Shown piece by piece: positions 8,505-16,794 of a stretch of DNA of 64,000 nucleotides. A program made the translations under genes and the position numbers. Every line of letters starts with the position of its first letter. Position 1 is the stretch's first letter. The notes beneath the pieces are model-generated. The model was given only the letters and a program-made list of their open reading frames with translations, had not been told where the DNA came from and made no database searches. The DNA is from Candidatus Fervidifonticultor sextus (GTDB taxonomy: Bacteria > Sysuimicrobiota > Sysuimicrobiia > Sysuimicrobiales > Humicultoraceae). The stretch covers positions 32,001-96,000 of the forward strand of contig JAVKHQ010000003.1 of NCBI GenBank assembly GCA_031459875.1, read 5' to 3'.

Positions 8505-10499
8505 ATGCCGCATGGTGGGGCACAGATGCGTGACCGGCACGGCCGGCCAATCGGCCCGGGCGCCCGCGTGCGCAGCGGGGAGGACCTGGGGACCGTCGGC
8601 CGCCTGGAACCTGAGTACGGGACCCTCACCATCATTGTCGAGGGGCGGACCGGCAAGAGCGAGAAGATGGTCCGCGCCTCTGCGGTGGAGGTGATCGAGG
8701 AGGCGCCCCCGCCCCAGGCGCATCCCGCGACCCACGAGCACGAACTCGGCTTCGTCCAGCGCTACATCTTCAGCCAGGATCACAAGATCATCGGCATCCA
8801 GTATCTGTTCACGTCGCTGCTCATGGCGGCGGTGGGCGGGGTCCTGGCCATGCTAATCCGGATGCAGCTCGGCTGGCCGGGGACCAAGTGGGGTCTGGCG
8901 GCCGCGCTGTTCCCCGGGGGGTTCGCCGGCGGCCAGATGAAGCCGGACTTCTACCTGGCCGTGGTGACCATGCACGGGACGATCATGATCTTCTTCGTGC
9001 TCACCACGATCCTCTCGGGCGGGTTCGGCAACTTCCTGATCCCGCTGCAGATCGGCGCCCGCGACATGGCCTTCCCCTGGCTGAACATGATGTCGTACTG
9101 GCTCCTGGTCCCCGCCGTCATCGTGCTGCTGGCCTCGTTCTTCGTCTCCGGCGGGGCCGCCGGCGGGGGATGGACGGCCTACCCGCCGCTGTCGGCGATC
9201 CCGGCTGCGGCGCCCGGGTCGGGGCTGGGCCAGACGCTGTGGTTGATCGCCCTGGCGATTCTCATCGTGGCGTTGCTCTTCGGGTCGCTAAACTACATCA
9301 CCACCGTCCTCCAGCTGCGGACCCGCGGCATGTCCATGATGCGGCTGCCGCTGACCATCTGGGGGCTGTTTGTCACCGCGATCTTGATGCTGCTGTCGTT
9401 TCCCGTCCTCTTCGCGGCCGCCATCATGTTGCTGTTCGACCGCCTCGCCGGGACCAGCTTCTTCGTCCCCAGCGGGGTGTGGGTCGGCGGCCGGGTCCTG
9501 GAGCACGCCGGCGGCAACCCCCTGCTCTGGCAGCACCTGTTCTGGTTCCTCGGGCACCCGGAGGTGTACGTGCTGATCCTGCCGGCCATGGGCATGGTCT
9601 CGGACATCATGAGCGCCCACGGCCGGAAGCCGATCTTCGGCTACCACTTCATGGTGGGATCGATCGTCGCCATCGGCCTGTTGAGCTTCCTGGTGTGGGG
9701 GCACCACATGTACACCAGCGGGATGCACCCGCTGGTGGCCATGGGCTTCATGACCACGACGCTGGCGATCGCGGTCCCCTCGGCGGTCAAGACCTTCAAC
9801 TGGCTGGCCACGCTGTGGCGGGCGCGCATCCACTTCACCGCGGCGATGCTGTTTGCGATCGGCTTCGTCTCCCTCTTCGTCACCGGCGGGCTGACCGGCG
9901 TCTTTTTGGCCCAGCCGCCGGTGGACATCTACATGCAGGACACGTTCTTCGTCGTGGCCCACTTCCACTTCGTGATGGCCAGCGCCTCGCTGTTCGGCGT
10001 CTTCGCCGGCATCTACCACTGGTTCCCGAAGATGTTTGGCCGCATGATGCACGAGGGGCTGGGCAAGATCCACTTCTGGCTATCGTTCGTCGGCATCTAC
10101 GCCACGTTTTTCCCGATGCACTTTTTGGGTTTCGCCGGGGCGCCGCGCCGGTACTACGCCGTCAGCCCGTTCGAGTTCTTGCGAGACCTCCAACCGCTCA
10201 ACGTCTTCGTCTCCCTGGCGGCGTTCGGCTTGGGGGCGGCCCAACTCCTCTTCGCGGCCAACTTCGTCTACAGCCTGTTCCGCGGCAGGCGGGCGGAGCG
10301 CAATCCGTGGCGCGCCACCACTCTGGAGTGGGAGGCACCGTCGCCCCCGCCCCACGGCAACTGGGGAGAGACGCTCCCGGTCGTCCACCGCTGGGCCTAC
10401 GACTACAGCGTCCCCGGCGTGGTTGAGGACTATCTGCCCCAGACCGCCGCGGCGCCTGTGCCGGCCGGGACATCAGGCGGTGGAGGCGATAGCGCGTGA
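8505..10499 (+). CDS. ctaD: Cytochrome c oxidase subunit I (A1 type) with an extra N-terminal soluble domain
   Basis: DHKIIG, TMHG, GARDMAFP, WFLGHPEVY, VWGHHM, AHFHF; start at ATG 8505 or GTG 8469 overlapping the ctaC stop. Confidence 0.95.
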   Translation: MPHGGAQMRDRHGRPIGPGARVRSGEDLGTVGRLEPEYGTLTIIVEGRTGKSEKMVRASAVEVIEEAPPPQAHPATHEHELGFVQRYIFSQDHKIIGIQYLFTSLLMAAVGGVLAMLIRMQLGWPGTKWGLAAALFPGGFAGGQMKPDFYLAVVTMHGTIMIFFVLTTILSGGFGNFLIPLQIGARDMAFPWLNMMSYWLLVPAVIVLLASFFVSGGAAGGGWTAYPPLSAIPAAAPGSGLGQTLWLIALAILIVALLFGSLNYITTVLQLRTRGMSMMRLPLTIWGLFVTAILMLLSFPVLFAAAIMLLFDRLAGTSFFVPSGVWVGGRVLEHAGGNPLLWQHLFWFLGHPEVYVLILPAMGMVSDIMSAHGRKPIFGYHFMVGSIVAIGLLSFLVWGHHMYTSGMHPLVAMGFMTTTLAIAVPSAVKTFNWLATLWRARIHFTAAMLFAIGFVSLFVTGGLTGVFLAQPPVDIYMQDTFFVVAHFHFVMASASLFGVFAGIYHWFPKMFGRMMHEGLGKIHFWLSFVGIYATFFPMHFLGFAGAPRRYYAVSPFEFLRDLQPLNVFVSLAAFGLGAAQLLFAANFVYSLFRGRRAERNPWRATTLEWEAPSPPPHGNWGETLPVVHRWAYDYSVPGVVEDYLPQTAAAPVPAGTSGGGGDSA

Positions 10500-11155
10500 C
10501 CTCCGGCGTCCCCACGCTGGAGCGGCTCCGGGCGCGGCCCGAGCAGGGTCCGCCGGTGGCTCCGCCCGCAGGTCGGGATGGCGGCGGAGGAGGGGGCGGC
10601 GGCGGGGGACGTCCCGGTGCGGCCCCTCTCAGCACGACCATCACCGGGGTGTGGCTGCTGGTGGGCGCGGCAGCGATCCTCTTCGCCGCGTTCACCAGCA
10701 CACTGCTCGTGCGGCGGGCCGAAGCCGACTGGCAGGTGGGACCGATGCCGCCCGTGCTGTGGGCGACAACGGCGCTCCTGTTGGGAAGCAGCGCCACGCT
10801 GGAGTGGACGCGCCGCCTCGCCAGGCTCGGTCGGGGAAGCGCGGCCCGGTGGGGTCTGGCTGCGACCCTGGGGCTGGGGGTGGTCTTCCTGGCCGGCCAG
10901 TGGGCCGCATGGCGGCAGATGGCCGCCTCCGGCCTCCACATGGCCAGCGGTGCGCACAGCGCCTTCTTCTACCTGCTCACCGGCACGCACGGCCTCCACG
11001 TGGCCGGAGGGATCGCGGCGCTGGGCTGGGCGCTCTGGAAGGTCAGGTGGACGGTTCCGGGTCGGGCCGTCGCGGCCGTGGCGCCCGCGGCCGTCTACTG
11101 GCACTTCGTGGACGTCCTCTGGCTGTACGTGTGGCTTGTGCTGTTCTGGACGTAG
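10496..11155 (+). CDS. ctaE: Cytochrome c oxidase subunit III-like (first copy)
   Basis: FFYLLTGTHGLHV, YWHFVDVLW. Confidence 0.88.
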   Translation: MTSGVPTLERLRARPEQGPPVAPPAGRDGGGGGGGGGGRPGAAPLSTTITGVWLLVGAAAILFAAFTSTLLVRRAEADWQVGPMPPVLWATTALLLGSSATLEWTRRLARLGRGSAARWGLAATLGLGVVFLAGQWAAWRQMAASGLHMASGAHSAFFYLLTGTHGLHVAGGIAALGWALWKVRWTVPGRAVAAVAPAAVYWHFVDVLWLYVWLVLFWT

Positions 11156-11175
11156 ACGCGAAGGAGGGGATTCCC

Positions 11176-11796
11176 ACGGCGGCAGAAGCGGCGAGCCAGG
11201 ACCACGTGCTGGCCTCAGACTGGGGCGGCGGGCGGTCGCCCTTTGGGGTGGGCTGGCCCAAACTGATGATGTGGCTGTTCCTGATCCAGGACACCCTGAC
11301 GTTCGCCGGCCTGCTGACCGGCTATGGCGTCATCCGGCTGTCGCTGGGCCGCTGGCCGGTCCAGGGCGAGGTCTTCAACCTGTACCTGGTGGGGTTCATG
11401 ACCTTCATCCTCATCTGCAGCAGCGCCACCATGGCTGTGGCGGTGGCCGCCGCGCGGCGCGGGGAGGGGGCGACCGTCATCCGGTTCCTGCTGCTCACCG
11501 TGCTCGGGGGCCTGGCCTTCCTGGGGATGCAGGCCTATGAGTGGACCCACGTCATCGGCGAGGGCGCGCGCCTGTTCACCAATCCGTGGGGCGTCCCGCT
11601 GTTCTCGGCGAGCTTCTTTATCATCACCGGGTTCCACGGCGCGCACGTGAGTGCGGGGGTCATCTACCTGCTGATTACCGCGCGGCGCTGGGCGCGGGGA
11701 AGGATCCAGCCCGAGAGCGTGGAGATCGCCGGGCTGTACTGGCACTTCGTAGACCTGGTCTGGGTCTTCATCTTCACCCTGCTGTACCTGTTGTGA
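11176..11796 (+). CDS. ctaE: Cytochrome c oxidase subunit III-like (second copy); start uncertain (ACG 11176 or GTG 11206)
   Basis: WGGGRSPF-KLMMWLF, FFIITGFHGAHV, GLYWHFVDLVW. Confidence 0.88.
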   Translation, partial: TAAEAASQDHVLASDWGGGRSPFGVGWPKLMMWLFLIQDTLTFAGLLTGYGVIRLSLGRWPVQGEVFNLYLVGFMTFILICSSATMAVAVAAARRGEGATVIRFLLLTVLGGLAFLGMQAYEWTHVIGEGARLFTNPWGVPLFSASFFIITGFHGAHVSAGVIYLLITARRWARGRIQPESVEIAGLYWHFVDLVWVFIFTLLYLL

Positions 11797-11809
11797 GGGG
11801 AGGGGCACC

Positions 11810-12106
11810 GTGAGGCAGACGGAGCATCCCGGCGGCTACCGGATCTACGTCGTCACCTGGTTCTGGCTGTTCGTCATCACGGTCCTGGAGGTAGGCATCG
11901 TGCTGGTGCATGTGCCCAAGGTGCTGCTCGCCCTCTCGCTGGTGGCGATGGCGCTGATGAAGGCGGCGCTCATCGTCGCCTACTTCATGCACCTGCGCTA
12001 CGAGCGGCTCAACCTGATCTACGCGGTGGTCACCCCGCTGTTCCTCGGCGTCATCCTGTTCTTCGCCCTGGTGCCCGACGCCTTGCGGACGCTGTCCCTC
12101 CGCTAG
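11810..12106 (+). CDS. ctaF: Cytochrome c oxidase subunit IV family protein
   Basis: Three TM segments, KAALIVAYFMHLRYE motif, operon position. Confidence 0.85.
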   Translation: MRQTEHPGGYRIYVVTWFWLFVITVLEVGIVLVHVPKVLLALSLVAMALMKAALIVAYFMHLRYERLNLIYAVVTPLFLGVILFFALVPDALRTLSLR

Positions 12107-12149
12107 CCGGCGGGACCCCGGCGCGTCGGGCGGCCGCGCGGGAGGACCC

Positions 12150-12578
12150 ATGGTTCCGCTGGGCTGGCTGCCCTCGGTCAACGCCGCCCTGAACGCCGCG
12201 TCCGCGGCCTTGCTGGTGGCGGCCTTCCGCGCCGTCCGCCGCGGCCAGATCGGCCGGCACCACACCCTGATGCTCGCGGCGCTGGCCACCTCCGCGCTGT
12301 TCCTGGTCTCGTACCTGTACTACCATGCGCACGCCGGGGCGACCCGCTTTGCCGGAACCGGGTGGATCCGGCCGGCCTACTTCGCCCTCCTGGGGACCCA
12401 CACCGTGCTGGCGGCGGCGGTCCTGCCGCTGGTGGTGATCACCCTGGTTCGGGCGCTGCGCGGCCAGTTTTCGCGTCACCGGCGCATCGCGCGCGTGACC
12501 CTGCCGCTGTGGTGGTACGTCTCCTTCAGCGGCGTCATCGTCTACCTCATGCTCTACCATCTGGTTCCCTCGCGCTAG
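12150..12578 (+). CDS. DUF420 membrane protein
   Basis: NAALN, H...M, FLVSYLYYH, HTVLA, HRRIAR, WYVSFSGVIVY; commonly found with oxidase genes. Confidence 0.85.
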   Translation: MVPLGWLPSVNAALNAASAALLVAAFRAVRRGQIGRHHTLMLAALATSALFLVSYLYYHAHAGATRFAGTGWIRPAYFALLGTHTVLAAAVLPLVVITLVRALRGQFSRHRRIARVTLPLWWYVSFSGVIVYLMLYHLVPSR

Positions 12579-12621
12579 GAGCGTGTCCGACGGCGGTGCC
12601 GTCTGATACACTGTGGGCGGT

Positions 12622-13206
12622 ATGCGCGTTCGGCTCGCGGTGCGCAGCCCGCTGCTGCGCGAGGGGTTCCGGCGTCTGCTCGAAGAGGATCCCGCCTTCG
12701 AGGTCGTCGCCGAGGAGGCGGGCCACACCGACGTGGAGGTCCACCTGTTCGGGATCCCGGGCGAGGGCGGTCTCGCAGACCTGCGGTCGGCGCTGAACGC
12801 CGCGCCGGTGCTGGCGGTGGGACCTTCCGAGCCGGGGCTGGTCGCGGCGTTGCACTACGGAGCCCGGGGCTGCCTCCCCCTGGGGGCGACACCCGATGAG
12901 CTGCGCGCCGCCGTGGCGGCGCTGGCTTCGGGCGAGGGCTACATTCACCCTTCGGTCGCCGACGCCGTGCTCACCGACCTGCGCAGGCCCCGGGGCGGGC
13001 CGACCTCCCAGGCGCTCACCGAGCGCGAGCGGGAGATCCTGGTGCTGCTCTGCGAGGGCTACACCAACCGGGCCATTGCCGACCGGCTGCACCTGAGCGT
13101 CCGCACCGTGGAATCCCACCGTGCGAACCTCATGGCCAAACTCGACGCCGACGCCCTGCCGGACCTGGTGTTCGCCGCCATCCGCATGGGGCTGATCGAG
13201 CCCTAG
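12622..13206 (+). CDS. NarL/LuxR-family regulator with a degenerate receiver domain
   Basis: LTEREREIL...GYTNRAIADRLHLSVRTVESHRANLMAKL HTH; receiver lacks the acidic pocket and the conserved Lys. Confidence 0.85.
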   Translation: MRVRLAVRSPLLREGFRRLLEEDPAFEVVAEEAGHTDVEVHLFGIPGEGGLADLRSALNAAPVLAVGPSEPGLVAALHYGARGCLPLGATPDELRAAVAALASGEGYIHPSVADAVLTDLRRPRGGPTSQALTEREREILVLLCEGYTNRAIADRLHLSVRTVESHRANLMAKLDADALPDLVFAAIRMGLIEP

Positions 13207-13400
13207 AGCCCGCGCTGTCCGGCGCCAACACCCCGTCCGAACAGGGCACCCTGGGGTCCTCTTCGTAGTTCCCGCAGGGTTCCATCCGGTCTGTACCTGA
13301 GGGCAAGACCCGGTGACCACCCGATGTGGGACGTCCATCTCCCTCTCTACACTGAGGGCGCGCTGCGGCGTCCCCGCCCGGCGCAGGGGTGGAGAGGGGT

Positions 13401-13676
13401 ATGCTCATTCGACGCGAGCACCGAGCAGTGCTCAGCGAACAGCGCCGGGCGGCCGGACAGGCCGTGCACCGCGACGCGCTGGCGGCCGAGCGCTCCAGGC
13501 GCCAATGGGAGCGGGTCCGTCTGGCACTGGCCCGATCCGGCCATCGCGCCGTGCTCCGGGCAGAGCGGGATCAACTCCATGCCGCCCGTCGGGAGCATAA
13601 GCGGGCCCTGCAGCAGAACCGGTGGCTGCTGGCCCTGGCCGAATTGCTGGAGGCGCGGAGGGGACGGGCAGCGTAG
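13401..13676 (+). CDS. Small hypothetical Arg/Ala-rich helical protein
   Basis: SD GGAGAGG before the ATG, upstream TACACT -10 box at 13348, coding-like codon use. Confidence 0.5.
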   Translation: MLIRREHRAVLSEQRRAAGQAVHRDALAAERSRRQWERVRLALARSGHRAVLRAERDQLHAARREHKRALQQNRWLLALAELLEARRGRAA

Positions 13677-13704
13677 CCACCCCAGGCAGGCGCGGCACGC
13701 TGCG

Positions 13705-13736
13705 TTGAGCGCGCCCGCAGCACCAGTGTACACTGG
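13705..13736 (+). promoter_or_regulatory. Putative promoter with a palindromic operator over the -10 box
   Basis: TTGAGC-18 bp-TACACT; perfect 14-bp palindrome CCAGTGTACACTGG at 13723-13736. Confidence 0.5.
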
Positions 13737-13764
13737 GGACGAGGCCGAAGCCTCGTCCCTTTCT
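13736..13764 (+). terminator. Rho-independent terminator
   Basis: GGGACGAGGC-CGAA-GCCTCGTCCC followed by TTTCT. Confidence 0.7.
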
Positions 13765-13787
13765 GCATGGGGGCAGGAGAAGCGCGG

Positions 13788-14690
13788 GTGCGGGCCATTG
13801 AGGTCGTCAGGGCGTTCTTCGAGCGGGCGGGTGAGCCGGCGGCGGTGTATCTGTACGGCCGCTACGGGAGCGGGCCGAGTTATCCCGACACCGACATCGA
13901 GCTGGGCCTGGTGTTTCCCGAAGGCGTCGGCGAGGACGAGATCCAGGACTACCTCGAACGCATCTCCGATGCGGGACCGCTGGGGGGAGAGCCCGGGATC
14001 CTGATGCCGTTCGCCCTGAATACCCACATCCCCCCGGTCGTCCACGAGATCCTGGTGGGCGGATCGCTGCTCGTGGACAACGACCCGCGCGTCCGGATCG
14101 CCTTCGTGGAGCAGGCGAGGCGGCGGATTGAGTCGGCGCGCCCCAGCCTGCTCGAGGACGCCCGCGAGGCGATCATGCAGGCCAGGGCGCTGGGGCTCGC
14201 CATGACCACCGCGCAGGGGTACGTCCTCCCCCAGCCGCCCCGCTACCTCGACCCGGTCCGGATCGGCTGGCGACTGAGCCGGATCCTGGCGTCGGTGGCC
14301 GTGCTGGAGGCGACCACCCGGGAGATGGAAGCCGCCTCCCGCGATCCGGACCGCCTCGGCCAGGTCATCGGATGGTTCAGCAACGCGGCCGGGGCGGCGA
14401 CCGGGATCGCCAAGGCCATGCTCAACATCTTCGAGATGGAGCGGCCGCCCCGGCGGTGGCAGGTGTTCATCCCGATCGCCGATGCCGGCCTGATCCCCAT
14501 GGACCTGGCCCTGGCGTTGGGCTCGCTCGTCGAACTCCGCTGGCAGTTGATGGGCACCGGAGGCCTGATCACGGCCGACCGCATCCTGATGGGCATTCGC
14601 GGCGGACTGCCGCACCTGGTGGCGTTCGCGCGTCAGGCCGCCTGGTACTGCGAGGTCCCTGCGGGTCCTGGTGAGGTGAAGGTGCACTGA
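13788..14690 (+). CDS. Fused minimal nucleotidyltransferase (MNT)-like and HEPN/DUF86-like protein, catalytic motifs degenerate
   Basis: AVYLYGRYGSG...TDIELGLVF (cf. LFGS...SDIDL); the C-half follows the DUF86 helical pattern with RWQLMG at the RNxxxH position; SD AGGAG before the GTG. Confidence 0.7.
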   Translation: MRAIEVVRAFFERAGEPAAVYLYGRYGSGPSYPDTDIELGLVFPEGVGEDEIQDYLERISDAGPLGGEPGILMPFALNTHIPPVVHEILVGGSLLVDNDPRVRIAFVEQARRRIESARPSLLEDAREAIMQARALGLAMTTAQGYVLPQPPRYLDPVRIGWRLSRILASVAVLEATTREMEAASRDPDRLGQVIGWFSNAAGAATGIAKAMLNIFEMERPPRRWQVFIPIADAGLIPMDLALALGSLVELRWQLMGTGGLITADRILMGIRGGLPHLVAFARQAAWYCEVPAGPGEVKVH

Positions 14691-14737
14691 CGCCCGGCGG
14701 CGAAGGGCCTGCGGGGCGATCGGGGAAGGAGGGGGCT

Positions 14738-15019
14738 GTGGCCGGATCGGTAACCGTCGAGGTTGTGCCGACCCCCAACGTGAACGCGCTGAAGTTCGTG
14801 GTCAACCGGCGGCTGACCGAGGGGCGCAGTCAGACGTACCGGTCGGCCGAGGAGGCCGACCGGCATCCCCTGGCCGCGGGGCTGTTCGCCATACCGGGCG
14901 TCGTTCAGGTCTTTCTGTTGAACGATTTCGTGACCGTCACGCGCGATCCCCAGGCTGCCTGGGAAGAGATCGTGCCGTCCGCCGAGGCCGCCATCCGGGC
15001 GTACCTGGAAACGCCATGA
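14738..15019 (+). CDS. Stand-alone Nfu/NifU N-terminal (scaffold) domain protein
   Basis: PTPNVNALKF, PLAAGLFAIPGVVQVF, DFVTVTR...W. Confidence 0.85.
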   Translation: MAGSVTVEVVPTPNVNALKFVVNRRLTEGRSQTYRSAEEADRHPLAAGLFAIPGVVQVFLLNDFVTVTRDPQAAWEEIVPSAEAAIRAYLETP

Positions 15020-15040
15020 ACAGGAACAGGAGGGATCGTC

Positions 15041-15520
15041 GTGGAACTACGGCCGTTTGAGGTCGTCGCGGCGTGCGAACTGCGCAGCCTGCCCACCGGG
15101 CAGGACATCGCAGACCTGACCGCGCGCCTGGAGCGCGCGCGCGCCAAGGTGGCGGCTGTGGTCAGCGCCACACCCCAGCCGCCAGCTATCTATCGGAATC
15201 TCGCCTACGTGCTCGAGACCCGATGTGTCGCCTGGGCGAACACGGCGGAGGAGGCCGCGGATCTGGTCAGGCGCCTCCTGGACGAGGCCGGGGTACCCTG
15301 CCGCAGCGTGTATCGCTCGGGCCGGGCTCTCGCCCCCACCGACGTTCCGCGTCCAGAGGCTCCGGCGTCGCACCCCCGCAGCCGGAGGACGCGAGCCCCT
15401 GCTCGGGTTCCGGCAGCGAAAGGCCGGGCCCGCGCCGCCCGCGTCAGGGTCCAGGGCAAGGCCGCCTCCCGGGGCACCAGGAGGGGAGCCTCCGCCAGGA
15501 AGGCCGGCAGCCGCCGGTAG
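15041..15520 (+). CDS. Hypothetical protein with a basic low-complexity C-tail
   Basis: SD AGGAGG; about 95 aa globular-looking part, then an Arg/Lys/Ala tail. Confidence 0.6.
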   Translation: MELRPFEVVAACELRSLPTGQDIADLTARLERARAKVAAVVSATPQPPAIYRNLAYVLETRCVAWANTAEEAADLVRRLLDEAGVPCRSVYRSGRALAPTDVPRPEAPASHPRSRRTRAPARVPAAKGRARAARVRVQGKAASRGTRRGASARKAGSRR

Positions 15521-15555
15521 ACGCAAGTCGGCCGGCGGAGATCAGCCCGACCGAT

Positions 15556-16794
15556 TCACCGGGCCTCCGGCCCCTGCGTCACCAGCCACACCGGATTCTC
15601 CAGCAGCCGCCGCACTTCCGCCAGGAAGCGGGAGGCTTCGGCTCCGTCCGTGACGCGGTGGTCGGTCGCCAGCGTGGCGTGCATGATCGTCGCGGCGACA
15701 ACCTGCCCGTCCCGCACCACCGGCTGCGGCTTGGCCGCGCCCACCGCCAGGATCGCGGCCTGGGGCGGGTTGATGATGGCGGCAAACATGTCCACGTCGT
15801 AGGGCCCCAGGTTGCTTACGGTGAACGTGCCGTTGATCAGGTCGTCCGGCCGCAGGCGGCCGTTGCGGGCGCGCTCGATGACCGCCCTGGCCTCCGCGGC
15901 GATCTGCCACAGGGGCTTGCGGTCGCAGTGGTACAGCGTGGGGACCAGCAGGCCGTCGGGCACCGGCACTGCGATGCTGATGTTGATCTCGCCGGGGTAG
16001 TGCAGCACGCCTTCAACGTAGGACGCGTTGAGGGTGGGGAACTTGACCAGGGCCAGCGCGGCGGCCTTCACGACCATGTCGTTGACCGAGACCTTGTGGG
16101 CGTCGTCGAGCCCCTCGTTGAGTTGCCGACGGAGCGCCATCGCGGCGTCCATGGCCACCGCCATCGTGACGTAGAAGTGGGGGACGTGCTGCTTGCTCTC
16201 GGTCATGCGCCGCGCGATCGTCTGCCGCATGCGGGACAGCGGGACCTGGCGGGCGGCGGCCTCGGTCGCCCGCGGCCCGGGCGCGGCCGCAGGCTTCCTT
16301 CCCGCCAGGTACGCCTCGACGTCTTCCTTCGTGATGCGACCGTCCGGTCCGGTCCCGGTGATGGCAGCCAGCGGGACGCCGTGCTCCGCGGCCAGCCGGC
16401 GGGCCAGCGGCGACGCGCGCACGGCGCCGGCTCCGCCCGCGACGCCCGCCTGCGCCCGCTCGGCGGGCGACGTCGTCTTCGCCGCCGGAGCGGTCGCCGT
16501 CGGGCCGGCCGCCGACGGGGCTGGCGGTGGGGACGCCGCCAGCTGCCAGACGGCCTCACCCTCCCGCGCGATGACCGCGATCGGCGCGCCGACGGGAGCC
16601 ACGGCCCCGGGCCCCACCAGGATCCGCGCCAGGGTCCCGTCCCACTCCGCCTCGAGGTCCACGTTGACCTTGTCGGTCTCGATCTCGGCGATGGGCTCGC
16701 CCTGCCTGACGCGTTCCCCCTCCTGCTTCATCCACCGAAGGACCCTGCCCTCGGTCATCGCGTCGCCCATTTTCGGCATGATGACGTCAGGCAC
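15556..16794 (-). CDS. pdhC: Pyruvate dehydrogenase E2 dihydrolipoamide acetyltransferase
   Basis: Lipoyl motif ETDKV, ASPLARRLA E3-binding domain, DHRVTDG. Confidence 0.92.
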   Translation of the reverse strand: MPDVIMPKMGDAMTEGRVLRWMKQEGERVRQGEPIAEIETDKVNVDLEAEWDGTLARILVGPGAVAPVGAPIAVIAREGEAVWQLAASPPPAPSAAGPTATAPAAKTTSPAERAQAGVAGGAGAVRASPLARRLAAEHGVPLAAITGTGPDGRITKEDVEAYLAGRKPAAAPGPRATEAAARQVPLSRMRQTIARRMTESKQHVPHFYVTMAVAMDAAMALRRQLNEGLDDAHKVSVNDMVVKAAALALVKFPTLNASYVEGVLHYPGEINISIAVPVPDGLLVPTLYHCDRKPLWQIAAEARAVIERARNGRLRPDDLINGTFTVSNLGPYDVDMFAAIINPPQAAILAVGAAKPQPVVRDGQVVAATIMHATLATDHRVTDGAEASRFLAEVRRLLENPVWLVTQGPEAR

